Assembly: GCA_963761335.1 (NCBI GenBank) | Contig: CAVXGR010000018.1 | Span: forward strand, 288,001 to 352,000 | Direction: 5' to 3' | DNA: 64,000 nucleotides | Origin: an uncultured delta proteobacterium | GTDB taxonomy: Bacteria > Desulfobacterota > Binatia > HRBIN30 > BPIQ01 | Shown here: in pieces, positions 1-8,838 of the stretch | Numbering within the stretch: position 1 is the stretch's first letter | Layout: each line of letters opens with the position of its first letter | Position numbers and translations under genes: made by a program | The notes under the pieces: generated by a model | Database searches by the model: none | The model's input: the letters and a program-made list of their open reading frames with translations, nothing else | What the model was told of the DNA's origin: nothing

Positions 1-617
1 CGGTCCTTGAGCTTGCCCAGCAGGCGGATGGCCGTCTCGGTGGAGACGCCGATCATCTCGGCGATCTCGCGCCGGGTGTAGCCGAGCTGCACCCGGTCGC
101 CGTTGACCGGCGGGCTGTCGCGGGCGGCCAGCTCGTTGAGCAGTGCCGCCAGGCGGCTCTCGGCGCCCTTGAGGGCGAGGTCGCGCACCTTGCGCCGCGC
201 CGTCACCAGCTCGCGGCTGAGAGCGGCGATCAGGCGCATGCCGGTGCGCGGGAAGCGGTCGATGAACGGCATCAGCCGTTCGCTCGGCATGAAGCAGATC
301 TGCGATTCCGATACGGCTTCCGCCGACACCGAGTGCGACTCGTGCTCGTCGATCGAAAGCTCGCCGAGGAGGGCGCCGGGACCGGCAATCTCCAGGATGT
401 GGTCGCGGCCGAAGCGGTCCGAATAGTACATCTTCACGGCCCCGGCGCAGACGATATACAGGCCGTTGGACGGCCCGCCCTCGGAGAAGATGATCTGGCG
501 CGGCTTGTAGATCGCCGTGGTCGAGAGGGCGCCAAAATCCTCGAGGGCCTCGACCGGCAGATCACAGGCGATGCTGTGCCCGCGGATTGCACACGACGCA
601 CATCGGATCTTTCTCAT
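1..617 (-). CDS. Crp/Fnr family transcriptional regulator, FNR-like with 4 Cys (3' end outside window)
   Basis: Not in the ORF track; translated manually. Begins MRKIRCASCAIRGHSIACD (C6-x2-C9-x8-C18), has a fourth Cys in ESQICFM (C108), and a C-terminal HTH YTRREIAEMIGVSTETAIRLLGKLKD in the same frame. Confidence 0.9.
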   Translation of the reverse strand, partial: MRKIRCASCAIRGHSIACDLPVEALEDFGALSTTAIYKPRQIIFSEGGPSNGLYIVCAGAVKMYYSDRFGRDHILEIAGPGALLGELSIDEHESHSVSAEAVSESQICFMPSERLMPFIDRFPRTGMRLIAALSRELVTARRKVRDLALKGAESRLAALLNELAARDSPPVNGDRVQLGYTRREIAEMIGVSTETAIRLLGKLKD

Positions 618-698
618 CCCGTTCCGCTGGCCGCTGAGTGAAGCCGGCTGCGTATCATCTAGAACAGCCGCAGCCATCGTGCAAACTCAGCGGCCAGC

Positions 699-878
699 GC
701 GGGCGGGACCAGAGCGGAACTGGGGGCTGCGTTCGCGGCTCGGACATCCGCGGCACAACCGAGATGATGATTGAGAGGAAGGGTATTCCGGCGCATTGCG
801 GGGGGTCCGGAATTCCCTGAGAGTGTGCGATGAGAGAGGGGGTTGTTGCTGGAGTGCCCGAGAGACGGTCCCGCCCGC
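699..878 (-). ncRNA. candidate structured RNA / 5' leader
   Basis: Perfect 12-bp inverted repeat GCGGGCGGGACC (699-710) / GGTCCCGCCCGC (867-878), internal hairpin at 781-817, C/U-rich tracts on the minus strand; no convincing ORF. Confidence 0.35.
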
Positions 879-943
879 CCGCGTAATCGTGTATGGATCC
901 TTCCATGTGGCGCTGTGGATAGCGCCGCCCTTTGCGGGACGCC

Positions 944-957
944 ATGACCGATGTCAT
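944..957. promoter_or_regulatory. palindromic operator ATGAC-CGAT-GTCAT (putative Crp/Fnr site)
   Basis: Perfect 5-4-5 palindrome; minus-strand TATCCA begins 29.5 bp from its centre. Confidence 0.65.
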
Positions 958-1016
958 CATTCGAGCTGACCAATTGTGCCCGCGTGCGCCCCGAATGCGT
1001 TTTGGCATCGCCATGC

Positions 1017-1030
1017 ATGACAAAGGTCAT
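1017..1030. promoter_or_regulatory. palindromic operator ATGAC-AAAG-GTCAT (putative Crp/Fnr site)
   Basis: Perfect 5-4-5 palindrome; -10-like TACCTT at 1053-1058 (29.5 bp from centre), then GGAGG and the ATG at 1084. Confidence 0.7.
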
Positions 1031-1083
1031 CCCCTGCGGCCTCCGGCGGCGCTACCTTCACCCGCAGAGTAGGGAGGTTTGCG

Positions 1084-1368
1084 ATGAACAACCCCATTGC
1101 CGTAATCATGCCGATCGTGTTGCTGGGGATTTTCTACGTCATCGTCCCGGTGGCCGCCGACGCCTATCGCCGCTTCCGGCGGCCGCGCATGGTCGTCTGC
1201 CCGCAGAACGGCTTCTCCGCCACCGTCCAGCTGGACGCGGCGCGGGCTGTGACCACCTCGGTGGACGGCGACCCGGTAGTGGAGATCCGCTCCTGCTCGC
1301 GCTGGCCGGAGATCGGCAGCTGTCGGCGTACCTGCCTGGGACAGATCGACCCGCTCGGCGCCGCGTAG
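1084..1368 (+). CDS. small membrane-anchored Cys-rich protein (CP...CSRWPExxxCxxxC)
   Basis: GGAGG RBS, N-terminal hydrophobic helix, 4-Cys motif shared with the ORF at 1380-1664. Confidence 0.8.
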   Translation: MNNPIAVIMPIVLLGIFYVIVPVAADAYRRFRRPRMVVCPQNGFSATVQLDAARAVTTSVDGDPVVEIRSCSRWPEIGSCRRTCLGQIDPLGAA

Positions 1369-1379
1369 TCCGGCCCTCC

Positions 1380-1664
1380 TCAGACCTCGTCCCAGTACGG
1401 CTCCGGGCCGAGGCTGGAACGAACCAGAATGCCGTGCGTGGCGGCCCAGGCCGCGTCGATGCCGCACATGCATGCCTGTGCGCAGCCGGCATGCTCCGGC
1501 CAGCGGCTGCACTGCAGGACGCCGACCTCCGCGTCCGGGGAGCGGCTGGTGTCGAACTCGATCTCGACCTCGGCCTGGCCGCGGGTCTCGGGGCAGATCG
1601 CCACACGGGGACCCGTCTGTTGGCCGTTTGCCAGTACATCGGTGCGAAACCATGTGCGGATCAT
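1380..1664 (-). CDS. small soluble Cys-rich protein, paralog of 1084-1368
   Basis: AAGGGAGG RBS; motif ICPETRGQAEV...QCSRWPEHAGCAQAC. Confidence 0.75.
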   Translation of the reverse strand: MIRTWFRTDVLANGQQTGPRVAICPETRGQAEVEIEFDTSRSPDAEVGVLQCSRWPEHAGCAQACMCGIDAAWAATHGILVRSSLGPEPYWDEV

Positions 1665-1736
1665 CGTTCCGTCCTCCCTTTCTGTGCACGCCTAGTCCGG
1701 GTGAGCCCTCCATAGTGCCGAAGCGTCCTGGGGAAA

Positions 1737-1750
1737 ATGACATATGTCGC
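1737..1750. promoter_or_regulatory. near-consensus operator ATGAC-ATAT-GTCGC
   Basis: 8/10 match to ATGAC-N4-GTCAT in a divergent intergenic region; minus-strand TATGGA begins 29.5 bp from centre; extra ATGAC half-site at 1759-1763. Confidence 0.55.
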
Positions 1751-1826
1751 CATCCGGCATGACGAACCCCACCGTTTGCACTGCCTCGACGTCGTGATAA
1801 CACCTAGGGGGAGACGGAGGTCGAAT

Positions 1827-3530
1827 ATGGACAAGATACTGCGCGTGAACATGACGGACCTCTCCGTGAAGGAGGAGGATTTCCCGGAGGACTGGACCTA
1901 TATCGGCGGCCGGGGGCTGTCGGCGAAGATTCTGCTCAAGGAGGTCGATCCCAAGTGCGATCCCCTGGGTCCCGGCAACAAGGTGATCTTTGCGCCCGGG
2001 GTATTGTCGGGATCGATTGCGCCGACCTCCGGGCGAATGAGCGTCGGCGCCAAGAGCCCGCTCACCGGCGGCATCAAGGAGGCGAACTCGGGCGGTCAGG
2101 CGGGTCAGAAGCTGATGCGCTGCGGCTATCGGGTCCTCATCGTCGAAGGCAAGGCGGCGGACCCCGAGAAGCGCTACCTCCTCTCCGTCAACAAGGATGG
2201 TGCCGAGCTGCGCGAATGCCCCGAGCTGAAGGGCCTGCGCACCTACGCGGCCTCGGAGAAGCTCTCCGAGCAGTTCTCCGGGCGCGCGGCCTTCGTGCTC
2301 TGCGGCCCGGCGGGGGAGAAGGGCTTCTCCGGCGCCAGCGTCGCCTTCACCGATGAGGGCAAGCGCCACCCGTCGCGCCATGCGGCGCGCGGCGGTCTGG
2401 GCGCCGCCATGGGCAGCAAGGGTCTCAAGGCGATCGCCGTCGACGACGACGGCACCAAGGCGCGCCTGGCCAAGGACATGGGAGCCTTCAAGGAGCACGT
2501 CTCCAAGATGAGCAAGGAGTACAAGGCCGGCGCGCAGCTCTTCCAGTTCGGCACCTCCACTACCGTGCCGCTGGCCAACATGATGAGCACCTTCCCGACG
2601 CGCAATCGCCACGAGATGCAGTTCGAGCACGCCGACGCCCTCGACGGCGCCAAGATCGTGCAGAACTTCGCCACCCGCGGTGGCGGCATGCACCACTGCA
2701 TGACCGGCTGCATCGTCCAGTGCTCCAACATCGTCAACGACGCCAACGGCAACTACGTGACCTCGGCGCTGGAGTTCGAGACCCTCGCCCTGTGCGGCTC
2801 CAACTGCGCCATCGGCGACCTGGACAAGGTGGCGCAGCTCGATCGTCTCTGCGACGAGCTCGGCCTCGACACCATCGAGACCGGCGGCGCCATCGGCTTG
2901 GCGATGGACTGCGGCGCGCTCGCCTTCGGCGACGGCGATGCCGCCATTGCCCTGCTCGACAAGGTCGACAAGGGCGACGCGCTGGCCGAGACCATCGCCC
3001 GCGGCGTGGTCGCCGTCGGCAAGCGCTTCAACGCCGAGCGCATTCCGGCGATCCGCGGCCAGGGAATCCCCGCCTGGGAGCCGCGCACACTCAACGCCAC
3101 CGGGGTGACCTACGCCACCAGCGCCATGGGCGCCGACCATACCGCCGGGCTGATCGTCATGCCGGTCGCCGATCCGGCCAAGGCCTCGCAGGAGGCGCAG
3201 CTGATCAACGCTCTCTGCGATTCGAGCGGCTTCTGCCAGTTCCAGCAGCCCACCATCGAGGACATCCGCGTCCTCTACAACCTCATGTACGGCGGCGATC
3301 TCAGCTTCGAGGATGCCGCCGACCTCGGCTGGCAATGCATGCAGGACGAATGGGCGTTCAACCGCGGCGCCGGATTCGGCCCCAAAGACAACGACCTGCC
3401 CGCCTGGATGCGCAGCGAGGCCATCCCCTCCAATGGCGCCACCTTCGCCGTCGCCCACGAGGACATCATGCGCGTCTTCGAGCGCATGCCGATCTCCGAC
3501 GATCTGCGCCAGATGAAGGCGGTGGGATAG
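1827..3530 (+). CDS. aor: aldehyde:ferredoxin oxidoreductase family (tungstopterin) enzyme
   Basis: MDKILRVNM start after GGAGG; motifs IGGRGL, AKSPLTGGIKEANSGG, RGGLGAAMGSKGLKAI, CxxGCxxxC, EFET, CDELGLDTI, GADH. Confidence 0.9.
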   Translation: MDKILRVNMTDLSVKEEDFPEDWTYIGGRGLSAKILLKEVDPKCDPLGPGNKVIFAPGVLSGSIAPTSGRMSVGAKSPLTGGIKEANSGGQAGQKLMRCGYRVLIVEGKAADPEKRYLLSVNKDGAELRECPELKGLRTYAASEKLSEQFSGRAAFVLCGPAGEKGFSGASVAFTDEGKRHPSRHAARGGLGAAMGSKGLKAIAVDDDGTKARLAKDMGAFKEHVSKMSKEYKAGAQLFQFGTSTTVPLANMMSTFPTRNRHEMQFEHADALDGAKIVQNFATRGGGMHHCMTGCIVQCSNIVNDANGNYVTSALEFETLALCGSNCAIGDLDKVAQLDRLCDELGLDTIETGGAIGLAMDCGALAFGDGDAAIALLDKVDKGDALAETIARGVVAVGKRFNAERIPAIRGQGIPAWEPRTLNATGVTYATSAMGADHTAGLIVMPVADPAKASQEAQLINALCDSSGFCQFQQPTIEDIRVLYNLMYGGDLSFEDAADLGWQCMQDEWAFNRGAGFGPKDNDLPAWMRSEAIPSNGATFAVAHEDIMRVFERMPISDDLRQMKAVG

Positions 3531-3536
3531 AAGAGA

Positions 3537-3766
3537 GTTTCTCGGTTTCTCGGTGGCTCGGTTTCCCGGTGGCTCGGGTTGTCGGGTTACCGGGTTTGCG
3601 GGTTCTTGGGTGCTCGGCTCGAGGGGCCGGCCCCATGAGCCCCTTCCGGGCTATGAGACCGACCCCCCGGGAAACAACCCACCAACCCGATCACCGAGAA
3701 ACCGAGCCACCGAGTAACTGAGCCACCGAGTAACCGAGCCACCGCTCCCCCAGCCACCGCTCCCCC
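3537..3766. repeat. inverted-arm tandem-octamer element, copy 1
   Basis: Left arm of 8-bp units (GTTTCTCG, GTGGCTCG, GGTTGTCG...), right arm of the reverse complements (GAGAAACC, GAGCCACC, GAGTAACC); ends in a 15-bp tandem duplication AGCCACCGCTCCCCC. Confidence 0.85.
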
Positions 3767-3831
3767 GCCTAGACCCCTCCCCCGCCTTTGTGGTACCTAG
3801 AACCACCCCCGATCTCTCCCTGGAGGAAGCA

Positions 3832-4581
3832 ATGTCCGGTCACTCGAAGTGGAGCACCATCAAGCACAAGAAGGGCGCCAAGGACGCCAAGCGCGGCAAG
3901 CTGTTCACCAAGCTGATCAAGGAGATCACCGTGGCGGCTCGCATGGGTGGCGGCGACATCAACTCCAACCCGCGGCTGCGCACGGCGGTGATCACGGCGC
4001 GCCAGAACAGCATGCCCGGGGAGAACATCGACCGCGCCATCAAGAAGGGCACCGGCGAGCTGGAGGGGCAGTCCTACGAGGAGATCACCTACGAGGGCTA
4101 CGGGCCCGGGGGCGTCGCCGTCATGGTCCCGTGCGTGACCGACAACCGCAATCGCACCGTCGCCGAGATCCGCAAGATCTTCGAGAAGCACGGCGGCAGC
4201 CTCGGTGCCTCCGGCTGCGTCGCCTGGATGTTCAACAAGAAGGGAACCATCAGCGTCGAGCGCAGCGCCGTCGATGAGGACCGCCTGATGGAGATCGCTC
4301 TCGAGGCGGGCGCCAGCGACATCAACACCGGCGAGGACGTGTACGAGATCACCACCGCGCCGGAGGACTTCGAGGCGGTGAAGGAGGCGCTCGAGAAGAG
4401 CCAGATCCCGGCGTCGAGTGCCGAGGTGGGTCTGCAGCCGGAGTCCACCGTCAACGTCACCGGGCGCGAGGCCGAGCAGACCCTCAAGCTGGTCGAAGCT
4501 CTCGACGATCACGACGACGTGCAGAGCGTCGCCGCCAACTTCGACATCGCTCAGGAAGAGCTGGAGCAGCTGAGCGCTTGA
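3832..4581 (+). CDS. yebC: YebC/PmpR family protein
   Basis: [30 protein letters not shown]; upstream of ruvC. Confidence 0.97.
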   Translation: MSGHSKWSTIKHKKGAKDAKRGKLFTKLIKEITVAARMGGGDINSNPRLRTAVITARQNSMPGENIDRAIKKGTGELEGQSYEEITYEGYGPGGVAVMVPCVTDNRNRTVAEIRKIFEKHGGSLGASGCVAWMFNKKGTISVERSAVDEDRLMEIALEAGASDINTGEDVYEITTAPEDFEAVKEALEKSQIPASSAEVGLQPESTVNVTGREAEQTLKLVEALDDHDDVQSVAANFDIAQEELEQLSA

Positions 4582-4627
4582 GCCGCGCCGCCACCAGCAG
4601 AGGCGCCTGCTAGGCTGCGCGACCGCC

Positions 4628-5188
4628 ATGCGCATCCTGGGGGTGGATCCCGGTACGGTGGCGACCGGGTGGGGAGTGGTGGAGGATGGCGGGCGAAATC
4701 CCCGCTGCGTGGACAGCGGTGTCATCCGTGCCCGCGGCGAGCTGCCGGTGCGCCTGGCGATCATCCACGCCGGTCTCGAGCGGGTCATCGCCGAGCACGC
4801 CCCCGCGGCTCTCAGCATCGAGAAGGCCTTCGTCTCGGAGAACGTGCAGAGCGCCTTTCGCCTGGGAGAGGCGCGCGGGGTGGTGCTCCTGGTGGCCGCC
4901 CAGGCGAAGATGGCGGTCTTCGAGTACGCCCCCGCAGAGGTGAAGATGGCGGTGGTCGGCTACGGTCGCGCCCTCAAGGAGCAGGTGCAGATGATGATCG
5001 CGCAGCTCCTCGATCTCGGACACGCGCCCGCCGCCGACGAGGCCGATGCGCTGGCGGCGGCCCTCTGCCATCTCAACTCGCGGCGCCTGCGCGCCCAGCT
5101 CGGCGCCGTCATTCCACGGCGCCGTCGACCGCTGCGGCCGGCGGCGGCACCCGTGGCCGTGCGTGTCGTCCGCCGCGGGCGAGAATGA
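4628..5188 (+). CDS. ruvC: Holliday junction resolvase RuvC
   Basis: MRILGVDPG, E66-type SIEKAF, DEADALAAALCH. Confidence 0.96.
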   Translation: MRILGVDPGTVATGWGVVEDGGRNPRCVDSGVIRARGELPVRLAIIHAGLERVIAEHAPAALSIEKAFVSENVQSAFRLGEARGVVLLVAAQAKMAVFEYAPAEVKMAVVGYGRALKEQVQMMIAQLLDLGHAPAADEADALAAALCHLNSRRLRAQLGAVIPRRRRPLRPAAAPVAVRVVRRGRE

Positions 5189-5775
5189 TCGGTATGCTGC
5201 GGGGGACTCTGGCACTCAAGTCGCCGGAGTCACTTCTGGTCGACGTCAACGGCGTCGGCTATCAGGTGCTGGTCTCCCTCAACTCCTTCTATCGCCTGCC
5301 CGAGCTCGGCCAGTCGGTGCGCCTGGTGATCCACACCCACGTGCGCGAGGATGCGCTGCAGCTCTTCGGCTTTCTCGATCCCGGCGAGCGCGACCTGTTT
5401 CTGCTTCTCCTCGGCGTCGCCGGCATCGGGCCGAAGCTGGCTCTCGGCATCCTCTCCGGCTTGCCTGCGGACGACCTGCAGGAAGCGCTGGACGCAGGCG
5501 ACCTGCCGAGGCTAGTATCCATCCCCGGGGTTGGGAAGAAGACGGCGGAGCGGCTGGTGCTGGAGCTGCGGGACAAGGTCAGGGTGCTGAAGGCGCGGGG
5601 CGGCGCCGCGGCGCGGACGGCGAGCGGGCCGGCCGACGAGGCGGTCTCGGCGCTCGTCAACCTCGGCTACCGGCGCCCGGATGCCGAGCGCGCCGTCAAG
5701 TCGGCGCAGTCCGCCGGCGCCGGAATTCTGGAGGACGTGATCCGCGATGCCCTCAAGCGGCTGAGCGGCGCGTGA
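5185..5775 (+). CDS. ruvA: Holliday junction branch migration protein RuvA
   Basis: ATGA overlap with ruv[39 protein letters not shown]. Confidence 0.96.
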   Translation: MIGMLRGTLALKSPESLLVDVNGVGYQVLVSLNSFYRLPELGQSVRLVIHTHVREDALQLFGFLDPGERDLFLLLLGVAGIGPKLALGILSGLPADDLQEALDAGDLPRLVSIPGVGKKTAERLVLELRDKVRVLKARGGAAARTASGPADEAVSALVNLGYRRPDAERAVKSAQSAGAGILEDVIRDALKRLSGA

Positions 5776-5785
5776 GGTGAGGGCG

Positions 5786-6826
5786 ATGGCGGCGGTGGAC
5801 GAGACGCGGACGATTACGGCTGAAGCGGGGGAAGACGACCTCTCCTACGACACCACCCTGCGGCCGCCGACGCTGGAGGACTACATCGGCCAGGAGGCGG
5901 TGAAGGCCAACCTGCGGGTGACGATCGACGCCGCCAAGGGGCGCGGCGAGTGCATCGACCACCTGCTGCTGTACGGACCGCCCGGGCTCGGCAAGACCTC
6001 GCTGGCCCACATCATCGCCCGCGAGATGGGGGTGAACGTACGCTCGACCTCCGGCCCGGTGATCGAGCGCCCCGGCGACCTGGCGGCGATCCTCACCAAC
6101 CTGGAGCTCGGCGACGTCCTCTTCATCGACGAGATCCACCGCCTGAGCCGCATCGTCGAGGAGATCCTCTACCCCGCCATGGAGGACTTTCAGATCGACC
6201 TGATGATCGGCCAGGGCCCCTCGGCGCGCTCCATCAAGCTCGATCTCAAGCGTTACACGCTGATCGGCGCCACCACCCGCGCCGGGCTGCTCACCTCGCC
6301 GCTGCGCGACCGCTTCGGCGTCAGCTTCCGCCTGGATTTCTACAACCCCGAGGAGCTCGCTCGTATCGTGCACCGTTCGGCGCGTATCCTCGACGTCACC
6401 GTCGACGATGCCGGCGCCGTCGAGATCGCCCGCCGCTCGCGCGGCACGCCGCGAATCGCCAACCGCCTGCTGCGCCGCGTGCGCGACTACGCCCAGGTGC
6501 GCGCCGACGGCCACATCGATGCCGCGGTCGCCGACCGGGCGCTGCGCCTCCTCGAGGTCGATCAGTGCGGCTTCGACAAGATGGACCGCGCCATCCTGCT
6601 CACCATCATCGACAAGTTCGGCGGCGGCCCGGTCGGCGTCGAGACCCTCGCCGCCGCCATCGGCGAGGAGCGCGACACCATCGAGGACGTCTACGAGCCC
6701 TTCCTCATCCAGGAGGGCTTCCTCAACCGCACCCCCAAGGGCCGCATGGCCACGGCTCTCGCCTACCAGCACTTCGGCCGCAAGATGGGGCGATCCTCGC
6801 CCCAGGGCCGGCTGTTCGAGGCGTGA
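5786..6826 (+). CDS. ruvB: Holliday junction DNA helicase RuvB
   Basis: [41 protein letters not shown]. Confidence 0.98.
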   Translation: MAAVDETRTITAEAGEDDLSYDTTLRPPTLEDYIGQEAVKANLRVTIDAAKGRGECIDHLLLYGPPGLGKTSLAHIIAREMGVNVRSTSGPVIERPGDLAAILTNLELGDVLFIDEIHRLSRIVEEILYPAMEDFQIDLMIGQGPSARSIKLDLKRYTLIGATTRAGLLTSPLRDRFGVSFRLDFYNPEELARIVHRSARILDVTVDDAGAVEIARRSRGTPRIANRLLRRVRDYAQVRADGHIDAAVADRALRLLEVDQCGFDKMDRAILLTIIDKFGGGPVGVETLAAAIGEERDTIEDVYEPFLIQEGFLNRTPKGRMATALAYQHFGRKMGRSSPQGRLFEA

Positions 6827-6843
6827 ACGGTAGGGCTGCGGCT

Positions 6844-6920
6844 GGGGACTGGCTCCTTTTCGGCGGCGAACGTCGAATCCTCCAGCGAGCCATTCGCGCG
6901 CCGAAAAGGTGCCTGTCCCC
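6844..6920. repeat. ~77-bp MITE/REP-like element (GGGGAC...GTCCCC family)
   Basis: Imperfect terminal inverted repeats GGGGACTGGCTCCTTTTCGGCG / CGCCGAAAAGGTGCCTGTCCCC; further copies at 12025, 12119 and 40784. Confidence 0.85.
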
Positions 6921-7018
6921 GCCCGCCTGGGAGCGCGCGGCCAGCCGGGCCGCCTCTGCTCTTTGACGGGAGGGCAGGGCGGATGCGTGCACGGAACGCT
7001 CTCAGCCGGTTGCCCCCG

Positions 7019-7246
7019 GTCTTGCCGAAGGCCATTCATTCCGCAGCGCGGAAGGCAGGACTTACGAGGCCCGTCGGCCCGCACACCTTGCGTCACTGCT
7101 TTGCAACTGATCTGCTCGTCGCGGGGTACGACCTTCGAACGGTCCAGGAGCTCCTCGGCCATAAGGAGGTGACAACGACGATGATCTACACGCACGTATT
7201 GAAGCGAGGAGGGCGCGGCGTGGTCAGTCCCGCAGATCGCCCGTGA
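7019..7246 (+). pseudogene. intI: integron integrase C-terminal remnant
   Basis: [53 protein letters not shown] closely matches IntI C-termini; only about 75 codons remain; attC sites lie downstream. The 5' boundary is approximate. Confidence 0.88.
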
Positions 7247-7267
7247 CCGGCGGCCTTCGAGTTAATT

Positions 7268-7297
7268 TGTTGACCCGCCAAGCTTGGCGGGTCAACA
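7268..7297. repeat. perfect 30-bp palindrome downstream of the intI remnant
   Basis: TGTTGACCCGCCAAGCTTGGCGGGTCAACA; the half TGTTGACCCGC recurs at 7379-7389. Confidence 0.85.
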
Positions 7298-7422
7298 CGG
7301 TCGGCTCGTGTCGAAGGGACGGCCTGGAGCTCGCTGATTCGCGCGGAGTTCTGGGGCATATGGGCATCGGCGCGCCGATGTTGACCCGCGAGTCTTAGCG
7401 GGGGGCGCGGCATCATTTGATA

Positions 7423-7442
7423 GGCCTAATTCAAAGTTCGGC
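7423..7442 (+). mobile_element. putative attI core / first cassette junction
   Basis: GGCCTAATTCAAAG|TTCGGC; GTTCGGC (7436-7442) is the exact reverse complement of the GCCGAAC that opens the first attC. Confidence 0.6.
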
Positions 7443-7479
7443 GATGGCAGAGAAGGGCCGGTTCTCGTAGTCTCCCGGA

Positions 7480-7764
7480 GTGGCCTACGAATTCGAGTGG
7501 GATCCCATCAAGGCGGCAACCAATCTGCGAGACCACGACGTCTCCTTCGAGGAGGCCTGCAGCGTGTTCGCAGATCCACTCGCGATGTTGATGGCTGACC
7601 CCGACCACTCCATTGATGAGGAGCGGTACCTGTTGTTGGGAGAGTCCTCCGAGCGTAAGCTCCTCGTTATCGCGTTCGCTGAGCGACCGCCGCGAACCCG
7701 ACTGATCAGCGCCAGAGAGGCGACGCGCCATGAGCGGAGACAGTATGAAGAAAGCAAGAGCTAG
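7480..7764 (+). CDS. brnT: BrnT family toxin (cassette 1)
   Basis: FEWDPIKAATNLRDHDVSFEEA, DPDHS.DEER, RLISAREAT. Confidence 0.9.
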   Translation: MAYEFEWDPIKAATNLRDHDVSFEEACSVFADPLAMLMADPDHSIDEERYLLLGESSERKLLVIAFAERPPRTRLISAREATRHERRQYEESKS

Positions 7765-8020
7765 CAAATCCCACTTCGAGGATCGTGATACCCTCCGCCC
7801 GGAGTACGACTTCACGGGGGCCGTCCGCGGCGTTACGGCCCCGCGGTACGCTCAGGGTACAAACATCGTGGTCGTTGATCCCGAGGTGCGGGACGTTTTT
7901 CCTGACAGCACCACGGTCAACGATGCGCTGCGTGCGCTGGCGCCGTTGCTCCGTGAGAAGCGCGGCGCCCAAGGCCGAACAAGCCGTTCCAGGCGACGGC
8001 CGAAGGCGGGCCGCGCCTGA
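7745..8020 (+). CDS. putative BrnA-like antitoxin (cassette 1)
   Basis: Overlaps brnT; EYDF, VVDPEVRDVFPDSTTVNDALR; C-terminus reads into the attC. Confidence 0.8.
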   Translation: MKKARASKSHFEDRDTLRPEYDFTGAVRGVTAPRYAQGTNIVVVDPEVRDVFPDSTTVNDALRALAPLLREKRGAQGRTSRSRRRPKAGRA

Positions 8021-8037
8021 ACGGCATCGCGTTCGGC
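7974..8037 (+). mobile_element. attC site 1 (64 bp)
   Basis: GCCGAAC-AAGCCGTTCCAGGCG...CGCCTGAACGGC-ATCGC-GTTCGGC; R''/L''/L'/R' palindrome with an unpaired extra base. Confidence 0.88.
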
Positions 8038-8044
8038 TCTCCAG

Positions 8045-8449
8045 TCAGCGCGCCTTCCAGATGGTCGCTACTCGACTCTTTCGGATGACGCGGTCATAGG
8101 TAGCGAGAGGAATGCGGTGGGCGCGAGCGGTTGCGACAATCAGGCGATCCGCGGGATCTCCATGGAAGGAAGGAGGCAGCCCGTTGAGGGCGATGACGAC
8201 CTCGACGTCGAGTGGGGCGACCTCGACGACAGCGGCCGCGGCTGCCTCTCGTATCCAGACTTCGAACGGCCGGTCCAAGACAAGCCGTCCTTTTGCGTAC
8301 AGCATCTGCGCCTCCCAGAGGCTGACGGCCGCCAAACGGAGCTCGGCCCGCGACGCCAGTCGGTCGAGCGCGCTCCGCTCGCGGTGCGCAAGCCGATCGG
8401 AGCCGAGCAGCCACCACAGCCAAACGTGCGTGTCCAGCAGGATTTTCAC
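8045..8449 (-). CDS. vapC: VapC/PIN domain toxin (cassette 2)
   Basis: ILLDTHVWLWW, SLWE, HGDPADRLIVATA, T.D. Confidence 0.92.
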   Translation of the reverse strand: MKILLDTHVWLWWLLGSDRLAHRERSALDRLASRAELRLAAVSLWEAQMLYAKGRLVLDRPFEVWIREAAAAAVVEVAPLDVEVVIALNGLPPSFHGDPADRLIVATARAHRIPLATYDRVIRKSRVATIWKAR

Positions 8450-8685
8450 CGAGACGCCCGGAACTCGGCTTCGTCAATCACGGATGTTTCCGGTTCGGCG
8501 TTCAGTTCGCCGGAACCGCGGAGAACCTCCCATGCTTTTGGAGCAGCCGCGCCCGGTTTCGGCGCTGGCGTGAGCCGGGCGACAACCTTGCCACGTCGCT
8601 TGATGTCCACGACCTCACCTCCGCCTTCCGCACGCCGGATCAGCTCAAGACAGCGCGCACGGAACTGCGTCACTGAAATGTCCAT
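8446..8685 (-). CDS. Phd/YefM family antitoxin (cassette 2)
   Basis: ISVTQFRARCLELI, IKRRGKVVARLTP; overlaps the vapC start. Confidence 0.88.
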   Translation of the reverse strand: MDISVTQFRARCLELIRRAEGGGEVVDIKRRGKVVARLTPAPKPGAAAPKAWEVLRGSGELNAEPETSVIDEAEFRASR

Positions 8686-8739
8686 GTGGAACTTCTATAT
8701 GGCCATTTTCGGGCGCGCAAGAGGAGGCTCGGTGGAGTG

Positions 8740-8829
8740 GCCGAACAAGCGCTTCGAGCCGTCCGGCGTGAGCGTGGGCGCTCTTCGCCGGCGTCGGTGC
8801 GCTGGCGGCTCACGGGCAACTCGTTCGGA
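8740..8829 (+). mobile_element. attC site 2 (90 bp)
   Basis: GCCGAAC-AAGCGCTTCGAGCCG...CGGCTCACGGGC-AACTC-GTTCGGA; its R'' matches the GTTCGGC that starts cassette 2. Confidence 0.8.
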
Positions 8830-8838
8830 CGAGATCTG

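Noticed and set aside
3537..3766. Octamer repeats as a CRISPR array
   Set aside because: No 23-47-bp identical repeats with unique spacers and no cas genes; the units are contiguous 8-mers in inverted arms.
6983..7246. Functional XerC/D or phage integrase, or a prophage boundary
   Set aside because: Only the C-terminal ~75 aa are present, the tail is IntI-like, and there are no phage genes nearby.
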